From a virus (Duplodnaviria > Caudoviricetes), in IMG/VR virus record IMGVR_UViG_3300044477_000062, positions 1-50,406 of that record: a stretch of DNA of 50,406 bases, one strand, 5' to 3'. The translations under genes were made by a program, and so were the position numbers. Below are positions 19,811 through 29,535 of the stretch, one piece after another. The stretch's first letter is position 1, and the number at the start of each line of letters is the position of its first letter. The notes under the pieces are model-generated. The model saw nothing but the letters and a program-made list of their open reading frames with translations. It ran no database searches and had not been told where the DNA came from.

Positions 19811-22800
19811 TAGTACGCCCCCTTTGCAATTAATACACGTGATAGACTCGATGCAATTTGCTCAGAATAAACCAGAGCGGTATCTTGATTAATAGGGATA
19901 TTTGGATCGATATAATTATTCACATTGATATTGATATTCATATCGTTTTGTGGCGCCATAGCTGATGCAATTGCATCTTGACCAACAATGCTGACTGGTG
20001 CAGACTGAACCGATGGAAGAGAGTTTAATAAACTGGATCCTGATGAGGACTGGCTAGAATCAACATTTGTCAAATTAAACTCGGCTTTGGCTTTTTCTTC
20101 TGCAGAGAACCAGTCAGAAGTGGCCATTCCACCCCATTTGCGCCCTTTAAAATTCCCGGTACCTGATACAGCTTGATAATAAAGATCGTTATATTGTTGC
20201 TCAGTAATTTTCTTTGTATCAAGCTGTGTTTGTAGATCAGAAAGAAAATCGTCTTTTGACTGAGAGGAAATTGGATCTATTCCGTTGAAATTATTGTTTA
20301 GTGCAGATTGAATATTGAACATTGCGCTACTGCTTGAAGATTTTGTTTTTGAAATTGCACTAGAAAACCCAGAGTAGGTGTCCATTGTGCTAATTCCATT
20401 CGAAGCCTTCAAGCCCCTTACGTATTGCAGTGTGTCATATTGTCCTTGTGTTAAATTGCCATTTTTTAAACCAGCATCCAAAACACTTTGATCTGCGCTG
20501 ATGTATCTATCGCTTGGTAAAGTGGTTAAATTCATCCAATCTTGTCCGGTTATCTGAACACCGGTTGACGAACTTACCATTTCGGCCATTTTGTTTGAGA
20601 TTGATGATTGCTCGTTTTTTAAATCTGCTTTTGACATATTAGAATAGTCTTTTTCCTGAACCAGTCCAAGCCATTCAGATGTTTTTCGTATTGACAAATC
20701 AAGACTTTGATTAATTTTATCAAACGCATCAATTGATTTTTTTGCAGCTTCTTCAGCTTTGTTTCCCCAAATGTCATACTCTTCGTCAAGCATTGCCAGA
20801 ACATCGGCAGCCGTTCCAACCACTTCGCCAATTACAGCAACCCAAACATTCCCAGCTGATTCGCCAGCTGCACCGACTGCGTGACCGATGTCGCCAACCA
20901 GACTTTCAATGCCCACCGACAAATCAGACTTCATATTTTTAATTGCACTTGTTACAATTCCGGATGTTTGGGAAAATAGACTAGTAAATTGTAATGCAAT
21001 ATTATTTTTCATTTGCTTAATTGACTTTTCGGCAGCCTCTTTTGTCTCATATCCCCAATCAGCAAGAAGCTTTCCGTCGTCGCTTTTAATCGCTTCTTTT
21101 AAATTGCTATAATCACTGAGTAAACCACTGAAAATATTATCAGATCCGGTCATCATTCCATCAGAATTAATTTTTAACGAAGCTTCAACACTCGCCTTAA
21201 ATTCCTTACCCACTTTTACATTGAACTCTTTTCCAATATTGTCAGCAGCCTGTTTCCCTTTTGTCTCAATTGAACTGTATGTAGATTCATTGGCTTTAAC
21301 TATCCCGCGCAACGATGAAACATTTGCATCGTATTCCTGTTTTAAATCAGTGAGTTTCTGATTCTTATTTGCAACAGAAGATTTTTTAATGTCAAGTTCA
21401 TTTTGTTTGTAAGCAACTTCTAATTTATCAAGTTCACCTTCAGCAGCTTTGACCCGTTCCCATGCAGCTGCTTTTTCTGCTTCGGTTTTTAATTTTAAAC
21501 TGTCAAGCTCATTTTGCCGGTCTGATTCAATGAGTTTTTTCTTTGCATTAAAAAGGTCCTTATTAATGGAGAGTCGTTCGGTTGCACTCAATGCTTCATT
21601 ATCAAACTTGCTCTGTAATGATTCGATATTTTGTTGCATTTCAATTTTATTGTAATCGTGTAAAGATTCTCTGCGTTTGTCAGATTGCTCAATTTCCTGT
21701 AAATAGGATTGAGTTTGAAGCCTACTAATTTGTTCGGTTGTTTGTAGTCGCTCATTGTCAATTCGTTTGATTAAATCGGAGTTCTCTTTCTCTTTTTCGG
21801 CAACTGACTTTTGCGTTTCGAGTCGCTTTGCAGCCGCATCGGCTTCAGCTTCGGCAAGTTTTTTTGCTGAATCAATTTGATCTTGACGTAATTTTCGAGC
21901 TGCTTCGGCATTGTCGTTTACAATTTTTTGTGCAGCTGCTTCGTCCTGTTTCTTTTTGATCAGTTCGTCAATGGCATCAGCTTCTTTCCACAAACCTTCA
22001 AGCCATCGCCCGGGTTGATTGCCGCGGCTTGCAGACGAATCTTCCTCTTTATTTATAAAATCAGCAAGCTCTTTTCGTCTTTTTAGAAGCAATTCAAGGT
22101 TCGATCCCTCGTCAAGGTTTGCCGTTTTATCGCGAAGCTCATTGCTTTTGGCTACAATGATATTGAACTTATCCAGTGCACTCTTAAGTGGCTTTTCCAG
22201 ATAATCACCAATCCCGGAACCGAGATTTTTCATGTTGGTTACAGCTGTATCCCACTTATACGAAAGAGCTTCTTTCATTTTGTCAGCTGCTTCGGTTGTT
22301 GCACCAGCTTTCTTTCCCATTTCGTCCATTGTATCATTGAACCTGAGGAAGCCATCTCCAGTCAATTGAATTGCACCATTCAGCCCGCGAACTTCCGGGA
22401 ATAGCATTGAAAGCGCTTTGGTTGATCCACCGGTTTTCATCATAAGATCTTCGAGCCACTTTGCAAAACCTTTGGACTTAACCGCGGTGATATCAAATTC
22501 AATTCCGAGCTCTTTAGCCATCTTCTTGGCTTCGTCTGATGGTTGTATGATGGCGTTCAACATTCCTCGCATTGCGGTACCGGCTTCGGATGTGGACAAC
22601 CCGGATAGGGTAAGTGTGGCTATAGATGATCCGAGCTCGTCAAAACTCATCCCAGTAGCTTTGGCAAGGGGTGCAACTTGTCCCATAGTGCCGGACAATT
22701 CTTCGATTGTAGTTTTTCCGACTTTAACAGTAGTAAACATACTATCGCTAAACTCTTCAGCCTTGGCAGTATCTTCGCCGTAAGCAGCAATTGCCGATGT

Positions 22801-23253
22801 CAAACCGTCAACAACTGTTTTTGCATCAGTAACACCGCCAATTGCAGCCTTGACAGAAGTTTCCAAAAACTGCATTGATTTGCCAGCCTCGACACCGGCA
22901 GAAAGAGTCTCGTACAGTGCTGATGCCAGCCCTTTTTTATCCCAGCCATACTTATTTGACAGTTCAACAACCTGATCGGATAGTTCGGCCATGTTTACTT
23001 TTTGCGTATCGACCAGAGTGGATACAGCAAGCATAGCCTTTTCGTATTCAGCCCAGTCTTTCACCGAAGCTACTACGGCCTGACGCGTTTTGTCAATAAC
23101 AGTCATCAGGCCCATTCCCCCGGTAAATCCCAGTGCAGTACTTGCCACTTGCCCAGAAAATCCAAGTAGTGACCTTTGAGCCTGCAGTATTCCGGAATTG
23201 AACCCGGACCCGTCGAGAGTTAATTTTGCGGTTGCCGATGCTATTGAATCCAT
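19810..23253 (-). CDS. Tape measure protein (TP901 family)
   Basis: ALYETLSAG, TVKVGKTTIEEL, SEAGTAMRG core; long helical region. Confidence 0.93.
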   Translation of the reverse strand: MDSIASATAKLTLDGSGFNSGILQAQRSLLGFSGQVASTALGFTGGMGLMTVIDKTRQAVVASVKDWAEYEKAMLAVSTLVDTQKVNMAELSDQVVELSNKYGWDKKGLASALYETLSAGVEAGKSMQFLETSVKAAIGGVTDAKTVVDGLTSAIAAYGEDTAKAEEFSDSMFTTVKVGKTTIEELSGTMGQVAPLAKATGMSFDELGSSIATLTLSGLSTSEAGTAMRGMLNAIIQPSDEAKKMAKELGIEFDITAVKSKGFAKWLEDLMMKTGGSTKALSMLFPEVRGLNGAIQLTGDGFLRFNDTMDEMGKKAGATTEAADKMKEALSYKWDTAVTNMKNLGSGIGDYLEKPLKSALDKFNIIVAKSNELRDKTANLDEGSNLELLLKRRKELADFINKEEDSSASRGNQPGRWLEGLWKEADAIDELIKKKQDEAAAQKIVNDNAEAARKLRQDQIDSAKKLAEAEADAAAKRLETQKSVAEKEKENSDLIKRIDNERLQTTEQISRLQTQSYLQEIEQSDKRRESLHDYNKIEMQQNIESLQSKFDNEALSATERLSINKDLFNAKKKLIESDRQNELDSLKLKTEAEKAAAWERVKAAEGELDKLEVAYKQNELDIKKSSVANKNQKLTDLKQEYDANVSSLRGIVKANESTYSSIETKGKQAADNIGKEFNVKVGKEFKASVEASLKINSDGMMTGSDNIFSGLLSDYSNLKEAIKSDDGKLLADWGYETKEAAEKSIKQMKNNIALQFTSLFSQTSGIVTSAIKNMKSDLSVGIESLVGDIGHAVGAAGESAGNVWVAVIGEVVGTAADVLAMLDEEYDIWGNKAEEAAKKSIDAFDKINQSLDLSIRKTSEWLGLVQEKDYSNMSKADLKNEQSSISNKMAEMVSSSTGVQITGQDWMNLTTLPSDRYISADQSVLDAGLKNGNLTQGQYDTLQYVRGLKASNGISTMDTYSGFSSAISKTKSSSSSAMFNIQSALNNNFNGIDPISSQSKDDFLSDLQTQLDTKKITEQQYNDLYYQAVSGTGNFKGRKWGGMATSDWFSAEEKAKAEFNLTNVDSSQSSSGSSLLNSLPSVQSAPVSIVGQDAIASAMAPQNDMNININVNNYIDPNIPINQDTALVYSEQIASSLSRVLIAKGAY

Positions 23254-23933
23254 TTATTCCCCAAACTTGCTCATAAAATTTGTATCTGCAGCTGGTGCGC
23301 TCATGTGTTTGTGCAATTCCTCAAACTGTTTATTAATCGATCTGGCTTTTTTCGAGTAGAGTATCATGTAAACATCGTTACAGCTCATTTTATCAACCTC
23401 CGATGGTGTCAAATGGTACTCACTCAAAAGACTTTCATAGAAAAAAGCCTCATTGTATCCTATTTCTGTTCGTTCTGGCTCTTCTGATTCAGGATAGTAT
23501 TCAATGAGGCCTCGAAATTTTTTTCGGCCCGTAAATTCTTTTCAATCAGCCATTGCAAGAGCTGAAAAAATTCATCTGTTTCAATGTCGTCAACAATTTC
23601 TTTTTCTGTTAACTGCTCACCGGTTAAAAGGGTGAGTAATTTAACCCGTTCATTGTTCGGCATATCAAGTAAATTTTTATTAATTTGTGCCGCAATCGAA
23701 TTTGCTGCATCAATTGGCTGCTCACCTTTTCTGATTCGGTCAACAATGAGCGAGTCAGCTACTTCCTCAAATTTTAAAGTGGCTCGAATCCGCAACTGAA
23801 TCCCGGTAATAAGCGCCATAAATTCTTGATGTTTACCGTATGACAAATCTTTTATTTCAATTTCGCGCTGACTGGATCCGACTTTGATTTTTACAGGTTG
23901 AGATCTGAATGATTTTGGTACAATGTAGTCCAT
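23254..23933 (-). CDS. Frameshift-extended tail assembly chaperone (gpGT-like)
   Basis: A AAT TTC slippery heptamer at 23520-23514; -1 frame open to TAA 23256-23254 abutting the TMP ATG. Confidence 0.8.
23460..23933 (-). CDS. Tail assembly chaperone (gpG-like); start MDYIVPK
   Basis: AAAGGA RBS; position before TMP; slippery site near the 3' end. Confidence 0.8.
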   Translation of the reverse strand: MDYIVPKSFRSQPVKIKVGSSQREIEIKDLSYGKHQEFMALITGIQLRIRATLKFEEVADSLIVDRIRKGEQPIDAANSIAAQINKNLLDMPNNERVKLLTLLTGEQLTEKEIVDDIETDEFFQLLQWLIEKNLRAEKNFEASLNTILNQKSQNEQK

Positions 23934-23934
23934 T

Positions 23935-24480
23935 TTATTTTGATCCTTTCTTGTGAAAAACAGCGGCACCATTTAATTTTTCGGTGAACAAATCGACCAC
24001 ATCAACTGTATCGCTGTGCAGTCCAGTAAACCGCATGCAAACGTCATAGATGTACTTGTGTGCCGGGTGGATCAAATCATCGACAATCATACACCCGCCC
24101 GGATTAAGCTTGTCCCATGCGTTTTCCATGTCGATTGTGCAGCCTTGCTCGGAATGATCGCCATCAACAAGGATTAAATCGAATGTTGATTCCAGATCAT
24201 AGATAAGAATCTTGCTATCTCCATCCAGGAAGCGAACCTCTCCGGCAAACTTCTCTTGTGTCAAAACTCCATGAATATGAAGATGGCTATTCCGACTTGT
24301 CCCGCCGAATTCACCGCCCCAGGTATCACACAAAACCAGTGAGGTGATATTTCTATTTGCATCCGCACGCAAAACAGTGCGAAGTGAATTTCCCTCCTGT
24401 ACACCTATTTCCAGATATGATTTAGGCTGCTTTTTCTCGACGACACGTCTGAGTACATCGTATAAATTCAGGTCCATCAT
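23935..24480 (-). CDS. Class I SAM-dependent methyltransferase (Methyltransf_24-like)
   Basis: YLEIGVQEGNS, FDLILVDGDHS, LNPGGCMIVDD. Confidence 0.88.
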   Translation of the reverse strand: MMDLNLYDVLRRVVEKKQPKSYLEIGVQEGNSLRTVLRADANRNITSLVLCDTWGGEFGGTSRNSHLHIHGVLTQEKFAGEVRFLDGDSKILIYDLESTFDLILVDGDHSEQGCTIDMENAWDKLNPGGCMIVDDLIHPAHKYIYDVCMRFTGLHSDTVDVVDLFTEKLNGAAVFHKKGSK

Positions 24481-25742
24481 ATAACACCCTCCTGTTTAAA
24501 CTCACCAATCGCCCTTGTAAATTCATTTCTAACCCGGTTAAAATCCCAGTTATTACGAGCATAATACGAAATGCGATCACCGCGATCTCTCCACCAGTCT
24601 ATTGTTTTATAAACATATAGCATTTTTTGCATCAGATGATCTACGGAACAAGATGCATCATACCCGGTCGATTCAAGATTAAATCCATACCGAAAATCTT
24701 TGCCTATGTTTCTGTAAAGTCCGGACTTTTCATGAAGATCAGCAATAAAATTGTGGATTGTTCCGCGTAAAGTTTTAGGCACATCAGTCCAACCATTCAC
24801 ACCAAACTCTTTGCAGCCATTCGAAACCCGTTCGATTCGCTTCGGCCAGTGGTGAACCTTTAAACCTTTTCCGAAATTGTATTCAATCCCAATCGGAGTA
24901 ATTGCGAAGTGCTTATAGCACCAATTAGTTGGTGATTTAGTCAATTCGTAATTTATCGGAACGCACCAGTTCGGATCCAGATATGGAAAGCTCCAATTTG
25001 TCAAAATTACCGGTTTACCCATTGCCATTTGTTCAAGCGGGATATATCCAAAACCTTCACCTCGGGATGGATTGACACAGCAGTCCATTTTAGAAAGAAG
25101 ATTGTGCATTTCCTCTTTTGAAAGCGTTTCTGATATGTGAAAAATTCCCGGTTCAGCTTCAATGTTGTCCAGTTTAATATCAAAGTTCTCATGTGGCCGA
25201 TATTTTAAATAGAGCCTGACCGAATTGTCAAAAGCCCCAATTGATTTCAGATTTCTAAAAGCCTGTTCAACTACCCCTGCACCTTTTCGACCATTTGGAT
25301 CATAGTGATGGCCTTGCCAGTAGAAATTAAAACCATCGTGCTCGACAGGCGGCATATAATTAAATTCGTTTTTATCGATTCCGAGTGTGGCAATTTTAAT
25401 AGGCTTTGTCACACCAGAAAGCCTGAATACATCAAAGCAAAATTGAGTCGGTACGATTATTCCGTCAACGTGATTATTGAGGAAATTAACCCAAGCCTTA
25501 GGCATTTGAGTTGATTCAAACATCGTGTATGCGATTAAAGGCAATCCGGTTTTTTTTAATTCTTTTGGATTGTGATGGAGTGGGATATTGCAGTATAGTC
25601 TACATTCGGACTGATCGGTAACATTGTCGGTTGCAGCATCGCCAATACATCTGTAAATCTGCTTTACTGCCCGATTATATCCTACAAAGTCAGCTGATTT
25701 TCCGAACGCTTCAGGCCAGTATATCGAATGAGTATTTAACAT
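24477..25742 (-). CDS. GT-B glycosyltransferase (GT4-like)
   Basis: YTMFES, RKG, PSRGEGFGYIPLEQMAMGKPVI (E-x7-E motif). Confidence 0.9.
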   Translation of the reverse strand: MLNTHSIYWPEAFGKSADFVGYNRAVKQIYRCIGDAATDNVTDQSECRLYCNIPLHHNPKELKKTGLPLIAYTMFESTQMPKAWVNFLNNHVDGIIVPTQFCFDVFRLSGVTKPIKIATLGIDKNEFNYMPPVEHDGFNFYWQGHHYDPNGRKGAGVVEQAFRNLKSIGAFDNSVRLYLKYRPHENFDIKLDNIEAEPGIFHISETLSKEEMHNLLSKMDCCVNPSRGEGFGYIPLEQMAMGKPVILTNWSFPYLDPNWCVPINYELTKSPTNWCYKHFAITPIGIEYNFGKGLKVHHWPKRIERVSNGCKEFGVNGWTDVPKTLRGTIHNFIADLHEKSGLYRNIGKDFRYGFNLESTGYDASCSVDHLMQKMLYVYKTIDWWRDRGDRISYYARNNWDFNRVRNEFTRAIGEFKQEGVI

Positions 25743-25763
25743 TTTTCTCCTTTTTACCCGATT

Positions 25764-25784
25764 AAGAAAAGGGGATTTCTCCCC
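25764..25784 (-). terminator. Intrinsic terminator after the major tail protein
   Basis: GGGGA-GAAA-TCCCC followed by TTTTCTT on the minus strand. Confidence 0.7.
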
Positions 25785-25789
25785 GATTC

Positions 25790-26323
25790 TTATAAAGAAG
25801 CAAGTGGAATTGGCTCTTCCAAACGAAAGTACTTTCCGTTTGTGTTAAGCAGGACTTTAAACGTTACAGGAAGTAGCGTTTCGGTACCACGCTTAAACGT
25901 CTGCGCAGTCTGGCCAATACGAATAGTGCGCGCAAATGTTACCCTGCGGCCCATTGTTTTGTCCATTGCACTCATACCGGTAATTACAAGAGTTTTTGGA
26001 GTCACTCCCATTTCCGGGCCAAAATCAAACAGAATTGAACTGGACGAACTGGAAGAGCTTGACGTGTTGGCACCAAGAGCAATACACAGATTAGTCGCAG
26101 TGTTCTGTTCGAGAATGGTATTGACCGACATTTCGGCACTCATCACCTCGCCGTCAATTTCACCAAGAGCGTAATCAGACCGGGTAAATGAATGAGTCTC
26201 GTTGTATGTTAGCGTCACACCGTCGCGGAATGATCCAAGGTTGATTCCGTCAAGAGTGATCTTTCCGGCTCCCTGAATAATCTGCGACGTGTTAGGCGTA
26301 ACGGTTCCGTTTACATTGGGCAT
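25790..26323 (-). CDS. Major tail (tube) protein with a 9-Ser insertion
   Basis: IIQGAG...LG...DGVTLTY pattern, LLPVTFKVL; strong RBS and downstream terminator; upstream of chaperone/TMP. Confidence 0.8.
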   Translation of the reverse strand: MPNVNGTVTPNTSQIIQGAGKITLDGINLGSFRDGVTLTYNETHSFTRSDYALGEIDGEVMSAEMSVNTILEQNTATNLCIALGANTSSSSSSSSSILFDFGPEMGVTPKTLVITGMSAMDKTMGRRVTFARTIRIGQTAQTFKRGTETLLPVTFKVLLNTNGKYFRLEEPIPLASL

Positions 26324-26334
26324 GTAAACCCCCT

Positions 26335-29300
26335 TTAGTTAATTATGTTATTATACCAGATAGAGATTTCGACGGATACGGCAGCAAACGGCGAACCTTG
26401 AACTGGTAAATAAAAGTCTGAATCTGTCAATATTACATCATTTGCATAGCCCCCACACATAGGATCTGATGCAATTAAATTTTCTATATCTTTTAAAGCG
26501 AACAAAAGAGCGCTTCGAACTGATACACTTTCATGTTTTGAAACCCATAGCTCAATATGCAAAGTCATATCGCAACGATAATTTGAACTGCTCCCCTGTA
26601 AATCGTACGGGATTCTTCCAGGCGCATATACCAGAGCTGGAAAAGTTGTAATTGTTTGCGGTACTAATTCAGCTTCGTATACTTTTCTGACATTTGTAAA
26701 ATACGAGTGCTGACAATTTACAGTCCATGAGTCACCAACTGCAAAATTGACTATTCCGACGCCGCTAAATTTTATTTTGGCACCTCTGCGACCAAGCTCT
26801 ATTGCGACGCCATCATTGATAACAACCGGCGTTAAAACAGAATCGGTATTGTTTGAATCGGATATGATACACCTTGCAACACCCAAAACACCTGCTGTTG
26901 ATATTGTTACAGTGTAAGACCTGTCAATTGTCGATTCGTAAAGTCCGCTTGTAACAACACTTAATCCTTCATTGAACGTATTTCCTGAACCTGGTACCGG
27001 ACTGGATATATTATAAATTGAATTAAATCTGGTTCCGAAATAGCTTAGAATGCTGTCGGCAATGTGTGGTATGAATGAACTATCTTCCCCAGATGGACTT
27101 GCACTTGCTGAATTACTTGCACTTACTGAGGGACTATTGCTTGTTGAGCTCGATGGTGAAGCTGATACACTTGACGACATTGAAGTGCTTGGTGAATTAC
27201 TAATGCTTGATGACGGGCTATTGCTTGGTGAAGCAGATGTTGACAAGCTACTGCTATTTGATATGCTCGAACTTGGCGAAGTTGAAGGGCTTGAACTAAT
27301 AGAACTTGACTGGCTCGTGCTCAGTGATGCGCTCAGACTTGAGCTTTGTGAACTTGACACACTCGTACTAGGTGAATTACTCGCTGATGACGAAGTTGAT
27401 GCGCTCTGAGATGATGACATGCTTGCAGAGGGAGAATTTGAAAGGCTACTGCTCGGTGAAGCTGACGAACTCGCACTTGTTGAAGATGACGGTGACGGGC
27501 TCGAACTAGGACTATTTGACAGGCTTGCGCTAGTTGACGGCGAACTACTCGGAGAGTTAGAAAGTGATGCACTAGGAGAACTTGACTGACTTGCGCTCAG
27601 AGAACTGCTTGTGCTACTGCTTGACGATGCACTTGGACTTGCTGATGGGCTGCTTGACGGTGAGCTGCTAACTGAAGCGCTCTGGCTACTCGAAATAGAA
27701 GCTGATGGAGATGTTGACGAGCTTGCACTCGGACTACTCGAAGGAGAGGTTGATGGGCTGTTAGAGGGGCTGTGTGACGACGATGAACTTGGAGAACTCG
27801 AAGCTGAAGCACTCGGGCTACTTGACACACTGCTCGATGGCGAGCCGCTTGCAGATGTTGATGGGCTACTTGAACTTGACGCGCTAGTACTAGACGAGGT
27901 ACTTCCTGAAGAACTCGCACTTGTACTTGATGAAGGAGACGATTCTAATGAAGGTCCGTCTAGTCCATAGTCAACCAATGTATTGTATACAGCTCCAGCC
28001 AGCTCATCTGAACCTGCGCCAGGATGCAATCCGTCGTAAGAATATGCAGGGTTTGATGTTGACCACATAACACCGTTTTGACCAAGATCAATAGCGTATG
28101 TGTTCGCATCGTTTGCAGCAGATACCCCTGAAGCTATGTCGGAAGCCAGGTCTTGATTGAATGGTGTAACTATGACAATTGCCGTGTCTTGACTTGTTGC
28201 AGCCCTCCATAAATCAATCATACTGTGCACGACTGTAGCTACAGAAGACGAATCGTTTGTTCCCTGGTTTACTATTATTACATCAGGAACTGGATTAAGC
28301 AGTCCGTTTACAAGGCGAGATACTCCACTATAGTAATCATCCCAGTGACTTTGAATGTTTGGAACACCGCCATTTCCCGCAGCTATCCAACCAGTTCCAC
28401 CATACCCCAATATACCAAATTCATACCCACATAATTCACCAGTCAAAAATGCCCAACAGTTTACCGCATTATTGCCAGCAATATACCCTGCAGCGCTATC
28501 AACATAAACTCCTTCGGTAATTGAATCACCATAAAATACAGCTAACTTGCTTAGTATGGTTGGCGCAGATATTGTTGCGCCACTGTCAACTGCCATTCCC
28601 AATATGCAAATAGCTGATTCTGGAATATTCCATCTGTCATAAGTCTCAACATTGGTTTTTATAGCAACCTTGATCGTATGACTTCCAGCAGACAAAGAAG
28701 ATGCAACAGTTAAAATACTGCTGTTAATTTGTAAATAAGTCCAATTTGTGGCATTGTCAATTTTTATAGCAAGTATAGGCCAGTTTGATGTTGCTCCAAG
28801 TACAGCAGAAAGCCTATTTGTGTCAATAAGTATTTTAAATGTCGTTCCGGTAAAATTAGCTTTAAAATACGCACCTGGATTTGCTGTTTGAATTCTGTTG
28901 TTGCCAATAATTTTCCAGTTGTATGGAGAAAAGTACGCAGGAGTATTGTCAATGCTGTAAACAGCATCTGTTGAATCGTTGCTGACATAATCAATAGATG
29001 AAACGTATATGTTTCCAATGTTTGCCTTGTAAAAACCAATATATCCTGCGCCAGAATGCGTACTATCTGTAAATGTGTATGTCCACGATACTGGTTCATT
29101 TGATCCAACTGCCCACACTTTAAATTCAAGTGTTGAGCCGTTTGCGCGTAGTCTAAAATTTACCTCTGAGTTTGCTGCGCCATTAAGTTCAGATATGGTC
29201 ATGGAGTTTTGCGAACCCAAAGCCCAAGATCCGCCGTTTCTTCGGAAAAGGTACAAAACCCCACCAGAATATATAATGGTGTACCCAGCTGTCATATCAG

Positions 29301-29535
29301 CACTAGCTCTAAAGAGAGGGAATGCCCATGTTGTTCCATTGGAAGATCTGCAAGTGTATTTAAAATCAACATATGCAGATTGAGGGCATCCCCTAATTTG
29401 ACAAGATGGTCCGTCAGCTGTTGAGTTTGTTATTAAATTTCCGTTTGAATCTACGCTCCACAATCCCCCTAAGTCTTGCAGTCCACGCAACGATCCAACA
29501 GGCTCCCCTGCAAAATCATTTTTATATAACAGCAT
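26335..29535 (-). CDS. Fusion: lectin-like domain + CE2-like SGNH esterase + ~290-aa Ser-rich stalk + tail terminator-like domain
   Basis: GDSITEG, GTND, DGLHP SGNH blocks; S/P/T/A tract; C-terminal FPAL...DIENLIASDPMCGG directly before the MTP gene. Confidence 0.75.
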   Translation of the reverse strand: MLLYKNDFAGEPVGSLRGLQDLGGLWSVDSNGNLITNSTADGPSCQIRGCPQSAYVDFKYTCRSSNGTTWAFPLFRASADMTAGYTIIYSGGVLYLFRRNGGSWALGSQNSMTISELNGAANSEVNFRLRANGSTLEFKVWAVGSNEPVSWTYTFTDSTHSGAGYIGFYKANIGNIYVSSIDYVSNDSTDAVYSIDNTPAYFSPYNWKIIGNNRIQTANPGAYFKANFTGTTFKILIDTNRLSAVLGATSNWPILAIKIDNATNWTYLQINSSILTVASSLSAGSHTIKVAIKTNVETYDRWNIPESAICILGMAVDSGATISAPTILSKLAVFYGDSITEGVYVDSAAGYIAGNNAVNCWAFLTGELCGYEFGILGYGGTGWIAAGNGGVPNIQSHWDDYYSGVSRLVNGLLNPVPDVIIVNQGTNDSSSVATVVHSMIDLWRAATSQDTAIVIVTPFNQDLASDIASGVSAANDANTYAIDLGQNGVMWSTSNPAYSYDGLHPGAGSDELAGAVYNTLVDYGLDGPSLESSPSSSTSASSSGSTSSSTSASSSSSPSTSASGSPSSSVSSSPSASASSSPSSSSSHSPSNSPSTSPSSSPSASSSTSPSASISSSQSASVSSSPSSSPSASPSASSSSSTSSSLSASQSSSPSASLSNSPSSSPSTSASLSNSPSSSPSPSSSTSASSSASPSSSLSNSPSASMSSSQSASTSSSASNSPSTSVSSSQSSSLSASLSTSQSSSISSSPSTSPSSSISNSSSLSTSASPSNSPSSSISNSPSTSMSSSVSASPSSSTSNSPSVSASNSASASPSGEDSSFIPHIADSILSYFGTRFNSIYNISSPVPGSGNTFNEGLSVVTSGLYESTIDRSYTVTISTAGVLGVARCIISDSNNTDSVLTPVVINDGVAIELGRRGAKIKFSGVGIVNFAVGDSWTVNCQHSYFTNVRKVYEAELVPQTITTFPALVYAPGRIPYDLQGSSSNYRCDMTLHIELWVSKHESVSVRSALLFALKDIENLIASDPMCGGYANDVILTDSDFYLPVQGSPFAAVSVEISIWYNNIIN
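27090..27952 (-). repeat. Low-complexity Ser-rich repeat coding region (SPS/SAS/STS units)
   Basis: Direct translation; mixed Ser codons. Confidence 0.95.

Noticed and set aside
27050-27970. Plus-strand Leu/Asp/Glu-rich ORFs and alternative-frame minus ORFs
   Set aside because: Shadows of the Ser-rich coding tract; no RBS or independent signal
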